A stretch of DNA of 64,000 bases from the NCBI GenBank assembly GCA_036676395.1, contig JAKFCY010000002.1, forward strand, positions 2,176,001-2,240,000, written 5' to 3'. Of the stretch, positions 10,106 through 19,756 are shown piece by piece (positions within the stretch are counted from its first letter, which is position 1; each line of letters opens with the position of its first letter). A program made the translations under genes and the position numbers. Under the pieces are notes generated by a model, which worked only from the letters and a program-made list of their open reading frames with translations, was not told where the DNA came from and did no database searches. The stretch comes from Bdellovibrio sp. (lineage in GTDB: Bacteria; Bdellovibrionota; Bdellovibrionia; Bdellovibrionales; Bdellovibrionaceae).

Positions 10106-10370
10106 GGTCTCTCCTGTTTTTTTAACAAGACAAGATCGGTTAGGAACAATCCAGACTAAAATAAAAATTTATTTGTTTCAAAGCGACATACGTAGTGTTT
10201 CATTATATTCCTCAATTGTTCGAATCTTGGCTCGTTATTGACCGAATCACCCCTGATTAGGGGGTCGAGCAATTTTGATTCAATTGTTTTCTAATGTGAG
10301 TGAATTAACATCCTATAGCAATATGATCGAAAAAACGAATCTTCGATCTAGACTTATTGCATTGGAATTA

Positions 10371-11165
10371 TTATGGCTGTCGTTTGCCTAATTTAAATAT
10401 TTCTCCAGATTGCTCATTGAAAATTGCTACACAGGCATCAGTTAAAACAGGCAACACTTCGATGATCTGAAGCGCACTCTTGTTAGAAATTTGAGTAATT
10501 CCTCTCACATCTTTATCAGACTTAATATGTGCACATCGATCTCGTATGTCAATAAAAGTAGATAATGGTTTTCTTGTATATCCAAGCCTATTTAATCTTT
10601 CAGACACAAAGTCTAAACGCTTATGCGCATCAGAGTAATTCCACTTTCCCGCAGTTTTGAAGGTTTCCTCAAGGAATAAAAAAAGTGAAAGAAATCTGTA
10701 TTGTAGTGGAATTCTTTCGTCTTGCGCATCAGCAATTAATTTCAGCGAATGCCGATATTTAAAACTAGATGTAAATGTATCTCTTATAACCCCTGAATTG
10801 GGTGGTCTCAAAACCAAATCTGTCTTAATCGACATTGAGGGTGGCGAGTTTACCTCAACAAAGTTCCACATACTCAATTCAAAATAACCCTGAGGATCAT
10901 AATTCAAGCGGTATATCGATAAGAAATGTTCTTTAGATTCTTGAATAATAGGTAAATATTTTTCAGGCATTATACCATCTTGCGAATTTGGCAGCGTAAA
11001 TCTAAGAGCCGCAGGATGATTATCTTGATATAATAAGAAAGCCATCTTAATCACCGTTAAATCTTTTGGTTTTATATCAACTTCCCAGCTTACAATACTT
11101 TCTGCATCAGAAAATATTTCTCGCATTGGCTCAAATATGAAATAATAATAGCAATTGAACGACAT
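10371..11165 (-). CDS. HEPN-like (ApeA/MauJ-type) protein
   Basis: RFLSLFLFLE helix and RDRCAH (Rx4H) motif; likely start ATG 11165. Confidence 0.55.
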   Translation of the reverse strand: MSFNCYYYFIFEPMREIFSDAESIVSWEVDIKPKDLTVIKMAFLLYQDNHPAALRFTLPNSQDGIMPEKYLPIIQESKEHFLSIYRLNYDPQGYFELSMWNFVEVNSPPSMSIKTDLVLRPPNSGVIRDTFTSSFKYRHSLKLIADAQDERIPLQYRFLSLFLFLEETFKTAGKWNYSDAHKRLDFVSERLNRLGYTRKPLSTFIDIRDRCAHIKSDKDVRGITQISNKSALQIIEVLPVLTDACVAIFNEQSGEIFKLGKRQP

Positions 11166-11175
11166 ACTTATTTCT

Positions 11176-11646
11176 TCAAACCCCAACCACAGCCATCACC
11201 AACACCCGGCCAGCCATATAAATAATAATCAACGAGCCCGGAGTCCAAAACGTCGCCCTAGTATCATGAGTAAACTCTTTCAAATACACAAACGTATGAA
11301 TCAGTCTCGTCACAACATACCCATACATTAAAATCTGCATCGTCAGCAACGATGGCCCCGTAAACATAAATAAAAACCCAGCCATCAGAAAAAACGGAAT
11401 GTTCTCTAAATCATTAAGCTGAATGCGACGAACACGATCCACATAAGGATTCGGATTCAACTGCTCAGGCGAAGGGTTCGGATTTAACGCTGTCTTTTTG
11501 ATATCTTCAGGCGAACGATATCCACCCTTGACCTTCATCATACGTATCACCGTTAACCATGACATACTCACCGCTTTTAAAATCATAATCGTGGCAGCAA
11601 TAACGTAAGTAGAAAAAATCGGATTTGAAAAATTGAATTGTTCCAT
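11176..11646 (-). CDS. MAPEG family membrane protein
   Basis: VDRVRRIQLNDLENIPFF...RLIHT. Confidence 0.9.
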   Translation of the reverse strand: MEQFNFSNPIFSTYVIAATIMILKAVSMSWLTVIRMMKVKGGYRSPEDIKKTALNPNPSPEQLNPNPYVDRVRRIQLNDLENIPFFLMAGFLFMFTGPSLLTMQILMYGYVVTRLIHTFVYLKEFTHDTRATFWTPGSLIIIYMAGRVLVMAVVGV

Positions 11647-11790
11647 TTCTTAACGCTAGCCATAACCATCAAATCGGTCACGGCACTTATAGTTATTCGT
11701 CTTTAACTCATTCTTAACAACTCACCTGCGCCACTCGGCGTAAACCCAAACGGCTCGGGTAATGCTACGGTAAAAAACCCGAGGATAAAA

Positions 11791-13407
11791 ATGGCCGATA
11801 CGCAACAAGACACCTTCGTTAACCTGATTTTGAAATTACTTTCAAACGAAGAGCCTTTAGATACGATTTATAAAAATTTGATCGAGTTTTTTGAAGAACG
11901 CAACCCCGGCGCTATCTGCAGTATTCTATTTTTAGATAAAAATAAAAAACGTTTTGAAAAAGTTTATGCTCCAAGCCTGCCAGCATTTTACAATGAAGCC
12001 ATACCCCACTTAGATATCGGCAGCAGCGCCGGTTCGTGCGGAACAGCCGCTTACTTAGGAAAGCGTGTTATCGTTGAAGATATTCAAAATGATCCGCTTT
12101 GGACACAGTATCGTGATTTAGCAAAAGCCGCAAACTTAGCTTCGTGCTGGTCGCAACCGATTAAATTACCATCGGGCGAAGTGTTAGGAACCTTCGCCAT
12201 TTATCACACCATTCAACACAAGCCTTCTGAACGGCATATTCAAATTATTGAACAAGCCGCTGATTTAGTTTCAATTGTTTTGCAACATTTCGAAACTAAA
12301 AGAATGGTTAAACTGGCTCAAGAACGAATTGCCTTAAGCGAAGCCGATCTGGTTTACGCCCAACACGTAGCCCAACTTGGCAGCTGGAAGTGGGAAGCTA
12401 AAACCGACACCGTTCACTGGTCTAAAGAAATTTATAATATTTTAAATTTAGATCCGAACACTCCGCCCCTGCCATTCGTTGAACAATCAAAGCTTTACAC
12501 CGAAGAATCTTGGAACCGACTTAAAGCAGCCGTCGAACACGCTATGGCGACCGGAGGCTCTTACGAAGTAGATCTTGAAGGCAGAGCCAGCAGCCAAGGC
12601 CCGCGCTGGTTTGTGGCCCGTGGTGAAGTGACTGAACAAGATTCTGAGGGGCACCCCACACGCTTGGCCGGAACTCTACAAGATAACACCGAACAAAAGT
12701 TACTCGAACACAATCTTAAAAGTGCGTTGAATGCCCGCGATGAATTTATTGCCGTTGCTACGCATGAATTAAAAACTCCGTTAACGACGCTGCAATTATC
12801 TTTACACGTGATCGCAAAATCATTAGATGGTGTTATCGATAAAGAAAAAATATTAAGTAAGATTGAAAAAGTAAAACAGCAAGGTGATCGTTTAGAAGCT
12901 TTAATTAAAAACTTGCTTGATGTCACCAGCATTGGCGCCGGGCACATGCGCTTAGAATTAAAACCAAATGTTAACTTTTCTAACTTGGTCGAAAATGTTA
13001 TTAAAAAGTATGAAGATGAAATCACTAAGTCTGGCTCTTCTTTGATTAAAAATATTGAACCAGATATTACCGGCGTGTGGGATGATTTTAGATTAGAGCA
13101 AATCGTAACGAATTTAATATCAAATGCCATTAAATACGGAGACGGTAAACCCATTGAAATTCATCTTCGTCGTTATCATCAAAATGCGCTTTTAGAAATT
13201 CATGATCAGGGCATCGGTATTCCTGAAAACAAACAGAAAAAAATCTTTGAAAGATTCGAACGCGCTGTTAGTGAAACCAGCTATAAAGGTTTGGGTTTAG
13301 GGCTTTGGATTGTAAAAGAAATTGTAACCGCATTAAAAGGCAAAGTTTGGGTGGCTAGTGCACTTAACAAAGGCTCTGTCTTTAGCGTAGAATTGCCAAT
13401 ACAATGA
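11791..13407 (+). CDS. GAF-PAS sensor histidine kinase
   Basis: GAF (GSCGTAAY), PAS (GSWKW), H-box HELKTPL, NLISNAIKY, DQGIG, GLGLGL. Confidence 0.92.
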   Translation: MADTQQDTFVNLILKLLSNEEPLDTIYKNLIEFFEERNPGAICSILFLDKNKKRFEKVYAPSLPAFYNEAIPHLDIGSSAGSCGTAAYLGKRVIVEDIQNDPLWTQYRDLAKAANLASCWSQPIKLPSGEVLGTFAIYHTIQHKPSERHIQIIEQAADLVSIVLQHFETKRMVKLAQERIALSEADLVYAQHVAQLGSWKWEAKTDTVHWSKEIYNILNLDPNTPPLPFVEQSKLYTEESWNRLKAAVEHAMATGGSYEVDLEGRASSQGPRWFVARGEVTEQDSEGHPTRLAGTLQDNTEQKLLEHNLKSALNARDEFIAVATHELKTPLTTLQLSLHVIAKSLDGVIDKEKILSKIEKVKQQGDRLEALIKNLLDVTSIGAGHMRLELKPNVNFSNLVENVIKKYEDEITKSGSSLIKNIEPDITGVWDDFRLEQIVTNLISNAIKYGDGKPIEIHLRRYHQNALLEIHDQGIGIPENKQKKIFERFERAVSETSYKGLGLGLWIVKEIVTALKGKVWVASALNKGSVFSVELPIQ

Positions 13408-13766
13408 CATCAGATATTTTATTAATCGATGACGAGCCAGATTTAAGAGAATGCATCGCCGAACTTCTAGAGGGCGAAGGTTACACCGTCAAACGAACAG
13501 AAAATGGTAAAACTGCACTTGAGATTTTAAAATCAGGTTACAAACCAAAAGTTATTATCCTTGATTACATGATGCCCGTCATGGATGGAAAAACATTTTG
13601 CGAGAACATCAGTAAAGACAGTCAAATCAGTTCTATTCCAATTATTTTATTATCAGCAGCTAATATTCCCGCAGAAACCATTGCAGACATGAAAGTGGCT
13701 GTGCAACTGGAAAAACCTATCCATGTTGATAAATTTTTAAACGCCGTGAAATCGTATATTCACTAA
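13404..13766 (+). CDS. Single-domain response regulator
   Basis: LIDDE, LDYMMPVMDG, EKP; overlaps kinase stop. Confidence 0.92.
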   Translation: MTSDILLIDDEPDLRECIAELLEGEGYTVKRTENGKTALEILKSGYKPKVIILDYMMPVMDGKTFCENISKDSQISSIPIILLSAANIPAETIADMKVAVQLEKPIHVDKFLNAVKSYIH

Positions 13767-14531
13767 TTACTTTTTTAATTCTAAAACCACCGGACAATGA
13801 TCTGACCCATAAACTTCGTTACGGTGGTACGAAGCCTTCAACCGATCACTAAATTCTTCATTCGCCATAAAATAATCTAAACGCCAACCCACGTTTTTCT
13901 CGCGCACGCCAGGGCGATAACTCCACCACGTGTAATGATCGCCGCCTTTTTCAAACTGGCGAAACGCATCGACATAACCCTTCTTGATCATCTCATCCAT
14001 CCAAGCACGCTCTTCAGGTAAAAAGCCTGCGTTCTTTTTATTCGTCTTCGGATTTTTTAGATCGATTTCTTGATGCGCGATATTCCAATCAGCACACATA
14101 ATTACGTTTTCGCCTTTTTTACGTAAGTCTTCGGCCGTTTTTAAAAACTTTTTGCAAAAAGCTAACTTGTAGGGAAGACGCGTGTGTTCGCGCTGTGAAT
14201 TCGGAAAGTATGAATTAATTAAAGTGAATTTCGGGTATTTAACAATCATCACGCGGCCTTCGTTATCAAACTGCGAATCCCCTAAACCCAACTGCACACT
14301 GAGCGGTTCTTTTTTAGAAAAGATCGCTGTGCCGCTGTAGCCTGGCTTGACGGCCGGGTTCCAGATGGCGTGATACTTTAATGGATTTTTTAGATTATCT
14401 TCTAACTGGTCGGGCGTAGCTTTAATTTCTTGCACACAGATGATGTCGGCATTTTCTTTTTCGAACCATTTTAAAAAACCGCCTTTAGCGCAGGCACGAA
14501 TACCGTTTACATTCCAACTGACTAGCTTCAT
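13767..14531 (-). CDS. xth: Exodeoxyribonuclease III
   Basis: SWNVNGIRA, QEIK, YTWWSYR, GWRLDY, SDHCP. Confidence 0.95.
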   Translation of the reverse strand: MKLVSWNVNGIRACAKGGFLKWFEKENADIICVQEIKATPDQLEDNLKNPLKYHAIWNPAVKPGYSGTAIFSKKEPLSVQLGLGDSQFDNEGRVMIVKYPKFTLINSYFPNSQREHTRLPYKLAFCKKFLKTAEDLRKKGENVIMCADWNIAHQEIDLKNPKTNKKNAGFLPEERAWMDEMIKKGYVDAFRQFEKGGDHYTWWSYRPGVREKNVGWRLDYFMANEEFSDRLKASYHRNEVYGSDHCPVVLELKK

Positions 14532-14633
14532 TTAAACTCCCCATCAATATACTTTGAAAGTGTATCATATTTTTCTTGCTGTTTAGTAAGTTCATCTTTA
14601 TAAAAAAAATTCTTTTAACGAGGGGCCCAAACT

Positions 14634-15533
14634 TTGAGAATTTTATTAATCACAATTTCGTTCATGACTCTATTGGCCTGCCAAAACACAACCCAAGAGC
14701 AAAACATCTCGCAAAATAACCTTACCCCTGTCATTGGTGGCGAAGCTGTTTTAGATAAAGCCGAACTTAGCTATAGCATCGTAGGCATCTACGACAGCGA
14801 ATATAAAGCTATCTGTACCGGCTCTTTGATTGCGCCTAATTTAGTTCTTACTGCTGCTCATTGTATAAACCCAGATTCGTCTAAAATGAAAATCATTTTT
14901 AACGTTAATCTAGACAAAGTTATCGGAACAAAAAACCAGCTTATCACGATGTTCTATCAGCGCGATGTGACTGATGCTAAGGTGCACCCCGTTTATCTTG
15001 ATCCTGCCAATGAAGATAAAGAATCTGATGTAGGCGATATCGCCCTGATTAAATTCGCAGGCGATCTACCTGAAGGTTACCACCCAGCTGAAATTTTAAG
15101 CGATGATTCTATTTTAAAACGTGGCGTCGATATCACGGTCGCGGGCTTTGGTGTGTCTGAGGTCTATGCTGAACCGATCGACCCGAAAAAAGTAAAAGAT
15201 CTTCAAGACGCCATCGAATACGGCGAAGTCTACTGTTTTGACGAAGCACTTACAGATTGTGTAAGCGTTGAAATGGGCGGCGATGGTATTTTAAGACAGA
15301 CTCACGCTTTAATTTCTTCGGTGCAAGAAACTGAATTTCAACTTGATGAATCTAAAGGCCATGGCACTTGCAGCGGAGACTCTGGTGGCCCAGCTTACGT
15401 GACTGTTGAGGGTAAACTTTATTTAACGGGCGTTACCAGCCGCGGAAGCGCTTTATGCGACGACGTTGGCGTTTATACTAACGTTGTGCCTTACGCCGAG
15501 TGGATTAGCTTAACTGCGCCGTTGTTGAAGTAA
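14634..15533 (+). CDS. Trypsin-like S1 serine protease (lipoprotein)
   Basis: LLAC lipobox; LTAAHC, DIAL, GDSGGP. Confidence 0.93.
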   Translation: MRILLITISFMTLLACQNTTQEQNISQNNLTPVIGGEAVLDKAELSYSIVGIYDSEYKAICTGSLIAPNLVLTAAHCINPDSSKMKIIFNVNLDKVIGTKNQLITMFYQRDVTDAKVHPVYLDPANEDKESDVGDIALIKFAGDLPEGYHPAEILSDDSILKRGVDITVAGFGVSEVYAEPIDPKKVKDLQDAIEYGEVYCFDEALTDCVSVEMGGDGILRQTHALISSVQETEFQLDESKGHGTCSGDSGGPAYVTVEGKLYLTGVTSRGSALCDDVGVYTNVVPYAEWISLTAPLLK

Positions 15534-15547
15534 TTTATTTTTACTAA

Positions 15548-15937
15548 CTAGCTACGTTTATAAAACATGCCTTGAGATTTCTGTGGCTTTACGAAACCAA
15601 ATTTCTGATAAAGCCAATCCACATCCGCAAAAAGACTAACAACAGCAGACTTAGAAACTTTTTCGTCGATGAATGACATTATTTTTTCTAAAATCTGTCT
15701 CGAATACCCCTGCCCCTGAAATTCGGGGTCAACGGCAATATCAACAACTTGCACATGCAATCCATCTCCTACAACCCGCCCCATGCCGATGAGCTTTTCA
15801 CCATCTCTCAAAGTCACGGCATAAAGAGATTTCGGAAGTCCTGCTTTGGCAGCTTCAACAGACATAGCCGAAAGACCACAAGTAATTCTTAAAGCACAAT
15901 ACTCTGCCGCATCAGGGATTTTTTCTTCGATTTGCAT
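15548..15937 (-). CDS. GNAT acetyltransferase
   Basis: DIAVDPEFQGQGYS, LYQKFGF. Confidence 0.88.
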   Translation of the reverse strand: MQIEEKIPDAAEYCALRITCGLSAMSVEAAKAGLPKSLYAVTLRDGEKLIGMGRVVGDGLHVQVVDIAVDPEFQGQGYSRQILEKIMSFIDEKVSKSAVVSLFADVDWLYQKFGFVKPQKSQGMFYKRS

Positions 15938-15948
15938 AATGCATTTCC

Positions 15949-16359
15949 TTACTTTTTTTCTGTTCGAACGGCAATGGCTTCAATTTCAAAAAGCATTCCC
16001 GGTAACGCTAATGAGTCTACCGGAATATAAGTGCTAGCCGGAAATATTTCAAAGATCTTTTTTTTCTTATTATTAACCGCTTCAAGTCTTTCTAATGAAT
16101 TTCCAACCACCAGTTCTGTGACCTTAACCACGTTGGCGAAGCTCATTCCCGCACTTTGTAAAACTTTTTCCATGTTTTGGTAAGCGAGCTCAATCTGGTC
16201 TGCAAATGATCTTTGGTCGTTAGAAAATAAAATCCCGACTTGTCCTGAAATATATAAAATTTCTTGCGGCGATGTCACCGCTACAGCTTGTGAATATCCG
16301 TATTCACGCGAATCATAACCTTCACTGTAATTAATATCTTTAATCTGTGTTTGGCTCAT
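15949..16359 (-). CDS. RidA/YjgF family protein
   Basis: YSQAV, LYISGQ, FPAST, FEIEAIA. Confidence 0.88.
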   Translation of the reverse strand: MSQTQIKDINYSEGYDSREYGYSQAVAVTSPQEILYISGQVGILFSNDQRSFADQIELAYQNMEKVLQSAGMSFANVVKVTELVVGNSLERLEAVNNKKKKIFEIFPASTYIPVDSLALPGMLFEIEAIAVRTEKK

Positions 16360-16799
16360 AAATCTCCGGCTGGGTATTGATCGTACTTGGCCCAGAATTC
16401 ATATTTTTCTTTGTCACTGGCACCGGCGTATAAATGAAAATTTAAGAAAAAATCTTCGCGTTGAATATTCGGAGTAAAAAGAATTTGTATTTTACAACCG
16501 CGATCGGCCAAGGGTTTAAAGGCATGAATGGTCATCGTCGGGATCACCACAGTTTCGCCGGCTGTAACCACCCGCCAGTCACCATTGATTAAGATGGCGA
16601 TGGCTCCTTCAAGAACATTAAAGATCTCTAACATTTTTTTATGATAGTGGGGTTCGGCTCCGTTCGCTCCGGCGGCGTAGCTCATCGTGTAAAGACCTAA
16701 ACTTGCGTTAGTTAGATCACTAGTTACATCAAATACACCAGTCCATCCCGGATTCTGTAAAGTTTGTTTATCCTGCACTTGTTTTAGTATCGCACTCAT
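16356..16799 (-). CDS. Cupin domain protein
   Basis: PHYH...EIFNVLEG...IPTMTIHAF. Confidence 0.85.
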   Translation of the reverse strand: MSAILKQVQDKQTLQNPGWTGVFDVTSDLTNASLGLYTMSYAAGANGAEPHYHKKMLEIFNVLEGAIAILINGDWRVVTAGETVVIPTMTIHAFKPLADRGCKIQILFTPNIQREDFFLNFHLYAGASDKEKYEFWAKYDQYPAGDL

Positions 16800-16883
16800 A
16801 TTATTTCACTGCCTTTCACATACAGAATAGATTTTGAAAGGTGTAAAATCGTTAACATATGATAAGGTTTTAAAGAAATATTT

Positions 16884-17474
16884 ATGAAAAAGCCCAATTC
16901 ACCCCAACAGAAATTTCTAAACTTCTTAGACCCACTGGGTAAACTCAGTCAGGCCGAGCAAAACCTTTTATTAGATCATTGCGAAATCACTTCGGCTGCT
17001 AAAAATGAACATCTGATCAACATGGGTGACACTGTTACCCATGTTTTATATTTGCTTGAAGGCATTGTTCGCTATTACGTCGTCACCGAAGCTGGCCGCG
17101 AAGTGACGAAGGCTTTTTATAAAGATTCTTTTTTAATTGGCAGTTTTGATGTGACCTTCAACAAAGGCACCAATAAATTTTTTGTGCAAACTTTATCTGA
17201 GGTTCAGTTTCTAAAAATTCCGATCGACAACATTCGTAATTTGCTTGAGACTTCTCACGAATTTTCGAAAGCTTACAATCGTTTTTTGACTTCGGTTTTT
17301 ATCTTTAAAGAAAAACGCGAAATTGAGCTTTTATCAACCACCGGCAAAGAAAGATTTGAAAATTTTCGCCAAGAGTTTTCTCAGATCGCCGATGAAATTT
17401 CTGGAGTAACGCTTGCTAGTTATTTAGGAGTAACCCCGGTGCAGCTGAGCCGCATTAGGCGTGTTATAATTTGA
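16884..17474 (+). CDS. Crp/Fnr family regulator
   Basis: cNMP-type domain plus LASYLGVTPVQLSRIR HTH; divergent from cupin-RidA. Confidence 0.88.
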   Translation: MKKPNSPQQKFLNFLDPLGKLSQAEQNLLLDHCEITSAAKNEHLINMGDTVTHVLYLLEGIVRYYVVTEAGREVTKAFYKDSFLIGSFDVTFNKGTNKFFVQTLSEVQFLKIPIDNIRNLLETSHEFSKAYNRFLTSVFIFKEKREIELLSTTGKERFENFRQEFSQIADEISGVTLASYLGVTPVQLSRIRRVII

Positions 17475-17504
17475 CGATAATTTGTCTTAATAGTCCAATA
17501 GGTC

Positions 17505-18239
17505 ATGGATTCACAAAAACCGCACACTTGGTCTGAAGATTATAAAATTGCCTCTTACTTTGTAAACTTACGCGGACGCGCAGGTCTTTACTCAATACTT
17601 AATTTTATTCAAGACGTCGGTTGGATGCACGCCCGCCAAATGCGGGCTCATCTTGAACCGCACCAAGGCTGGGTTTTTACCCGCCAAAGTTTAACGATGA
17701 ATGCTTGGCCTAAGTGGAATGAGACTATCACCATTAAAACTTGGCTTCGCACGCCGACTTCAGATGTTTTCTTTTTTCGTGATTACGAAATTTTTAACGG
17801 CGATACAAAAATCGGCGAATGCACCAGCACTTTTTCAGTGATTGATATGAACACCCGTAAAATGGTAGCCCCTGATTTAAATAAACTGGGTGCCGTATTT
17901 CGCGATGATCACAATCGCACTGAATTACCTGAAAAAATTCTGTGGCAAGCTGATGTCACCGAGATCGCGCAATTTGAAGTGCGCAACAGCGATCTTGATA
18001 TGAATAATCATGTTAATAACACTAAATATGCTCAGTGGATTTTAGATGCCATCCCGCTTGAGATCTTAAAAGGTGATGTGCAGTTAAAAAAATATGAAAT
18101 TAATTTTTTAGCCGAAACTAAATCAGGCGATAAAGTCATCTTGCAGAAAACTAATGTCCCAGATTCTGCGGTCACGCAGTTTCAAGGCGTACGTGCTGCT
18201 GATGGTAAGCCTGTGTTTACGGCTAGGCTTCATACTTAA
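17505..18239 (+). CDS. Acyl-ACP thioesterase
   Basis: SDLDMNNHVNNTKY; double hot-dog layout. Confidence 0.88.
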   Translation: MDSQKPHTWSEDYKIASYFVNLRGRAGLYSILNFIQDVGWMHARQMRAHLEPHQGWVFTRQSLTMNAWPKWNETITIKTWLRTPTSDVFFFRDYEIFNGDTKIGECTSTFSVIDMNTRKMVAPDLNKLGAVFRDDHNRTELPEKILWQADVTEIAQFEVRNSDLDMNNHVNNTKYAQWILDAIPLEILKGDVQLKKYEINFLAETKSGDKVILQKTNVPDSAVTQFQGVRAADGKPVFTARLHT

Positions 18240-18376
18240 TCCGAAAACCGCATTATTTTCTTTAAACTATCCTTTAATTAAATTTTACGCATAGAAGAAA
18301 CAGGCCCAATACAAGCTATGCATATCTACCTAAAGATACTAGCGTTTTTGAGCTGGTTAACAACTACACAAAAAAC

Positions 18377-18392
18377 TTCCTAAATTTAGGAA
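18377..18392. promoter_or_regulatory. Perfect 16-bp palindrome, probable operator
   Basis: ttcctaaa|tttaggaa about 20 bp upstream of the toxin-like ORF. Confidence 0.55.
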
Positions 18393-18412
18393 ACTGTGGT
18401 AAGGTGGGTTAA

Positions 18413-18706
18413 GTGTTTCGGATATATAAGGCTGAAGTAAGGTTTAACAAGAAATACTGGAGTTATATTTGGATAGATTCTCATTACGAAAAAAAACATA
18501 GCCACTCTATCAATGATGATCTAATCCTGACCTTACTTAGCTGCTTAACAGGCGATAGTGCCGTTGAAGCCAATACTGAATCAGGTGGCTTTGCATATTA
18601 TGAAGTCGATACAGAGTACAAAGGCAAACTTTACCGACTTATTTTAGTCATTCCACCAGACAACAGCTATCTTGGCGTCAGAAATACTTATAGGAGGTCA
18701 AAATGA
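18413..18706 (+). CDS. Putative type II toxin (BrnT/RelE-like size and pattern)
   Basis: 97 aa; YKGKLYRLILV...GVRNTYR; ATGA overlap with the HTH gene. Confidence 0.5.
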   Translation: MFRIYKAEVRFNKKYWSYIWIDSHYEKKHSHSINDDLILTLLSCLTGDSAVEANTESGGFAYYEVDTEYKGKLYRLILVIPPDNSYLGVRNTYRRSK

Positions 18707-19056
18707 AGAAAATAAAAAAACCAAAGTTAATTCGAGTTAGCAAAACACCTCCACCAGGCTGGCCTACCGAAACCCATTGGAAAGAAATTGAAAAAAAGCT
18801 TGGCAAAGGATTAGCTACAAAGATGCTTTCTCCTGACGCTGGCCCCGTAGAGCGCACTAAGCACGAGCTTTGCGAACTGTTTATCCTTTACCGTCGTGAA
18901 ACAGACATCACCCAACGTGAGCTGGCAACACGCTTAAATGTGACTGAAAACAGAGTCAGCGAAATTCTACACTACCATTTTGATACCTTTACACTGGATA
19001 GGCTTATCGAATTGCTAAGTCGAATAAAGCCAAATCTAAAAATAAAAGTAGCGTGA
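18703..19056 (+). CDS. XRE-family HTH antitoxin-like protein
   Basis: ITQRELATRLNVTENRVSEILH...FTLDRLI. Confidence 0.8.
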   Translation: MKKIKKPKLIRVSKTPPPGWPTETHWKEIEKKLGKGLATKMLSPDAGPVERTKHELCELFILYRRETDITQRELATRLNVTENRVSEILHYHFDTFTLDRLIELLSRIKPNLKIKVA

Positions 19057-19140
19057 TATTCAACACTTAAATCCCTGATTACCCTTACCGCTCAATTCAG
19101 TGGTACAATGAAACTATGGCAAATACCTAAGGAGGCATTT

Positions 19141-19257
19141 ATGAATGCATTACTTCTTAAGACACTAAAAGGGCCAATAGCTTTTGCGTTAGCTGTTGGA
19201 TTATTTTGGTTATTTGGCCTAATATTCGCGGTTGTTTACGCGCTTATTCCGATTTAA
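19141..19257 (+). CDS. 38-aa hydrophobic peptide (not in the ORF track)
   Basis: AAGGAGG RBS; MNALLLKTLKGPIAFALAVGLFWLFGLIFAVVYALIPI*; resembles 25377..25592. Confidence 0.7.
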   Translation: MNALLLKTLKGPIAFALAVGLFWLFGLIFAVVYALIPI

Positions 19258-19317
19258 TGAACCCGCTTACTATAAAACAAATAGCCTCATAAAAGCTTAT
19301 GCAGTAATATTCTAACC

Positions 19318-19608
19318 ATGAGCGAAGAAGTAGTAGTAAAACCCTTGAACAAGGTTCAACAAAACATTGCGGCCAACAAAAATCCTCTTGAAGGTATTAC
19401 TCTTGAGACTATGGTTACCGAATTAGTCGAATGCTACGGCTGGGAACGTTTATCTGATAAAATCTCGATCAATAGCTTCTCAGAAAACCCAAGTGTTAAA
19501 TCAAGCTTAAAATTCTTAAGAAAAACCGACTGGGCACGAACGAAAGTCGAACAGCTTTACACTTGGCGCGCGAAGACCGGTTGGGACCCGCGCGATAACG
19601 CTAAGTAA
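19318..19608 (+). CDS. DUF2132/VF530-family protein (second copy)
   Basis: [12 protein letters not shown]...YGW...[25 protein letters not shown]. Confidence 0.9.
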   Translation: MSEEVVVKPLNKVQQNIAANKNPLEGITLETMVTELVECYGWERLSDKISINSFSENPSVKSSLKFLRKTDWARTKVEQLYTWRAKTGWDPRDNAK

Positions 19609-19707
19609 GAATTAGCTGTACAAAAAACTGACAGCGACCATAAACGCCGAACCATGAAATAAGGTTTGGTCTTGCCTCGCTATCTCGAATTAATCGCCTT
19701 ACAAGCC

Positions 19708-19723
19708 TGGAACGAAACTAGCT
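19708..19723 (+). promoter_or_regulatory. sigma54-like -24/-12 promoter
   Basis: TGGAACGAAACTAGCT (GG-N10-GC) upstream of the M23 gene. Confidence 0.5.
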
Positions 19724-19756
19724 CTTAGAGTTTGTAGATAACAAACGGGAGCTAAC

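Noticed and set aside
1950..11200. Integrative element or prophage with att sites at tRNA-Gln
   Set aside because: No integrase, phage structural genes or repeated tRNA 3' end found by eye
12561..13154. Long antisense ORFs (also 6690-7067, 46475-46885, 53495-54007, 54555-54989, 55423-55857 and similar)
   Set aside because: Shadows of well-supported genes on the opposite strand, with no motifs of their own
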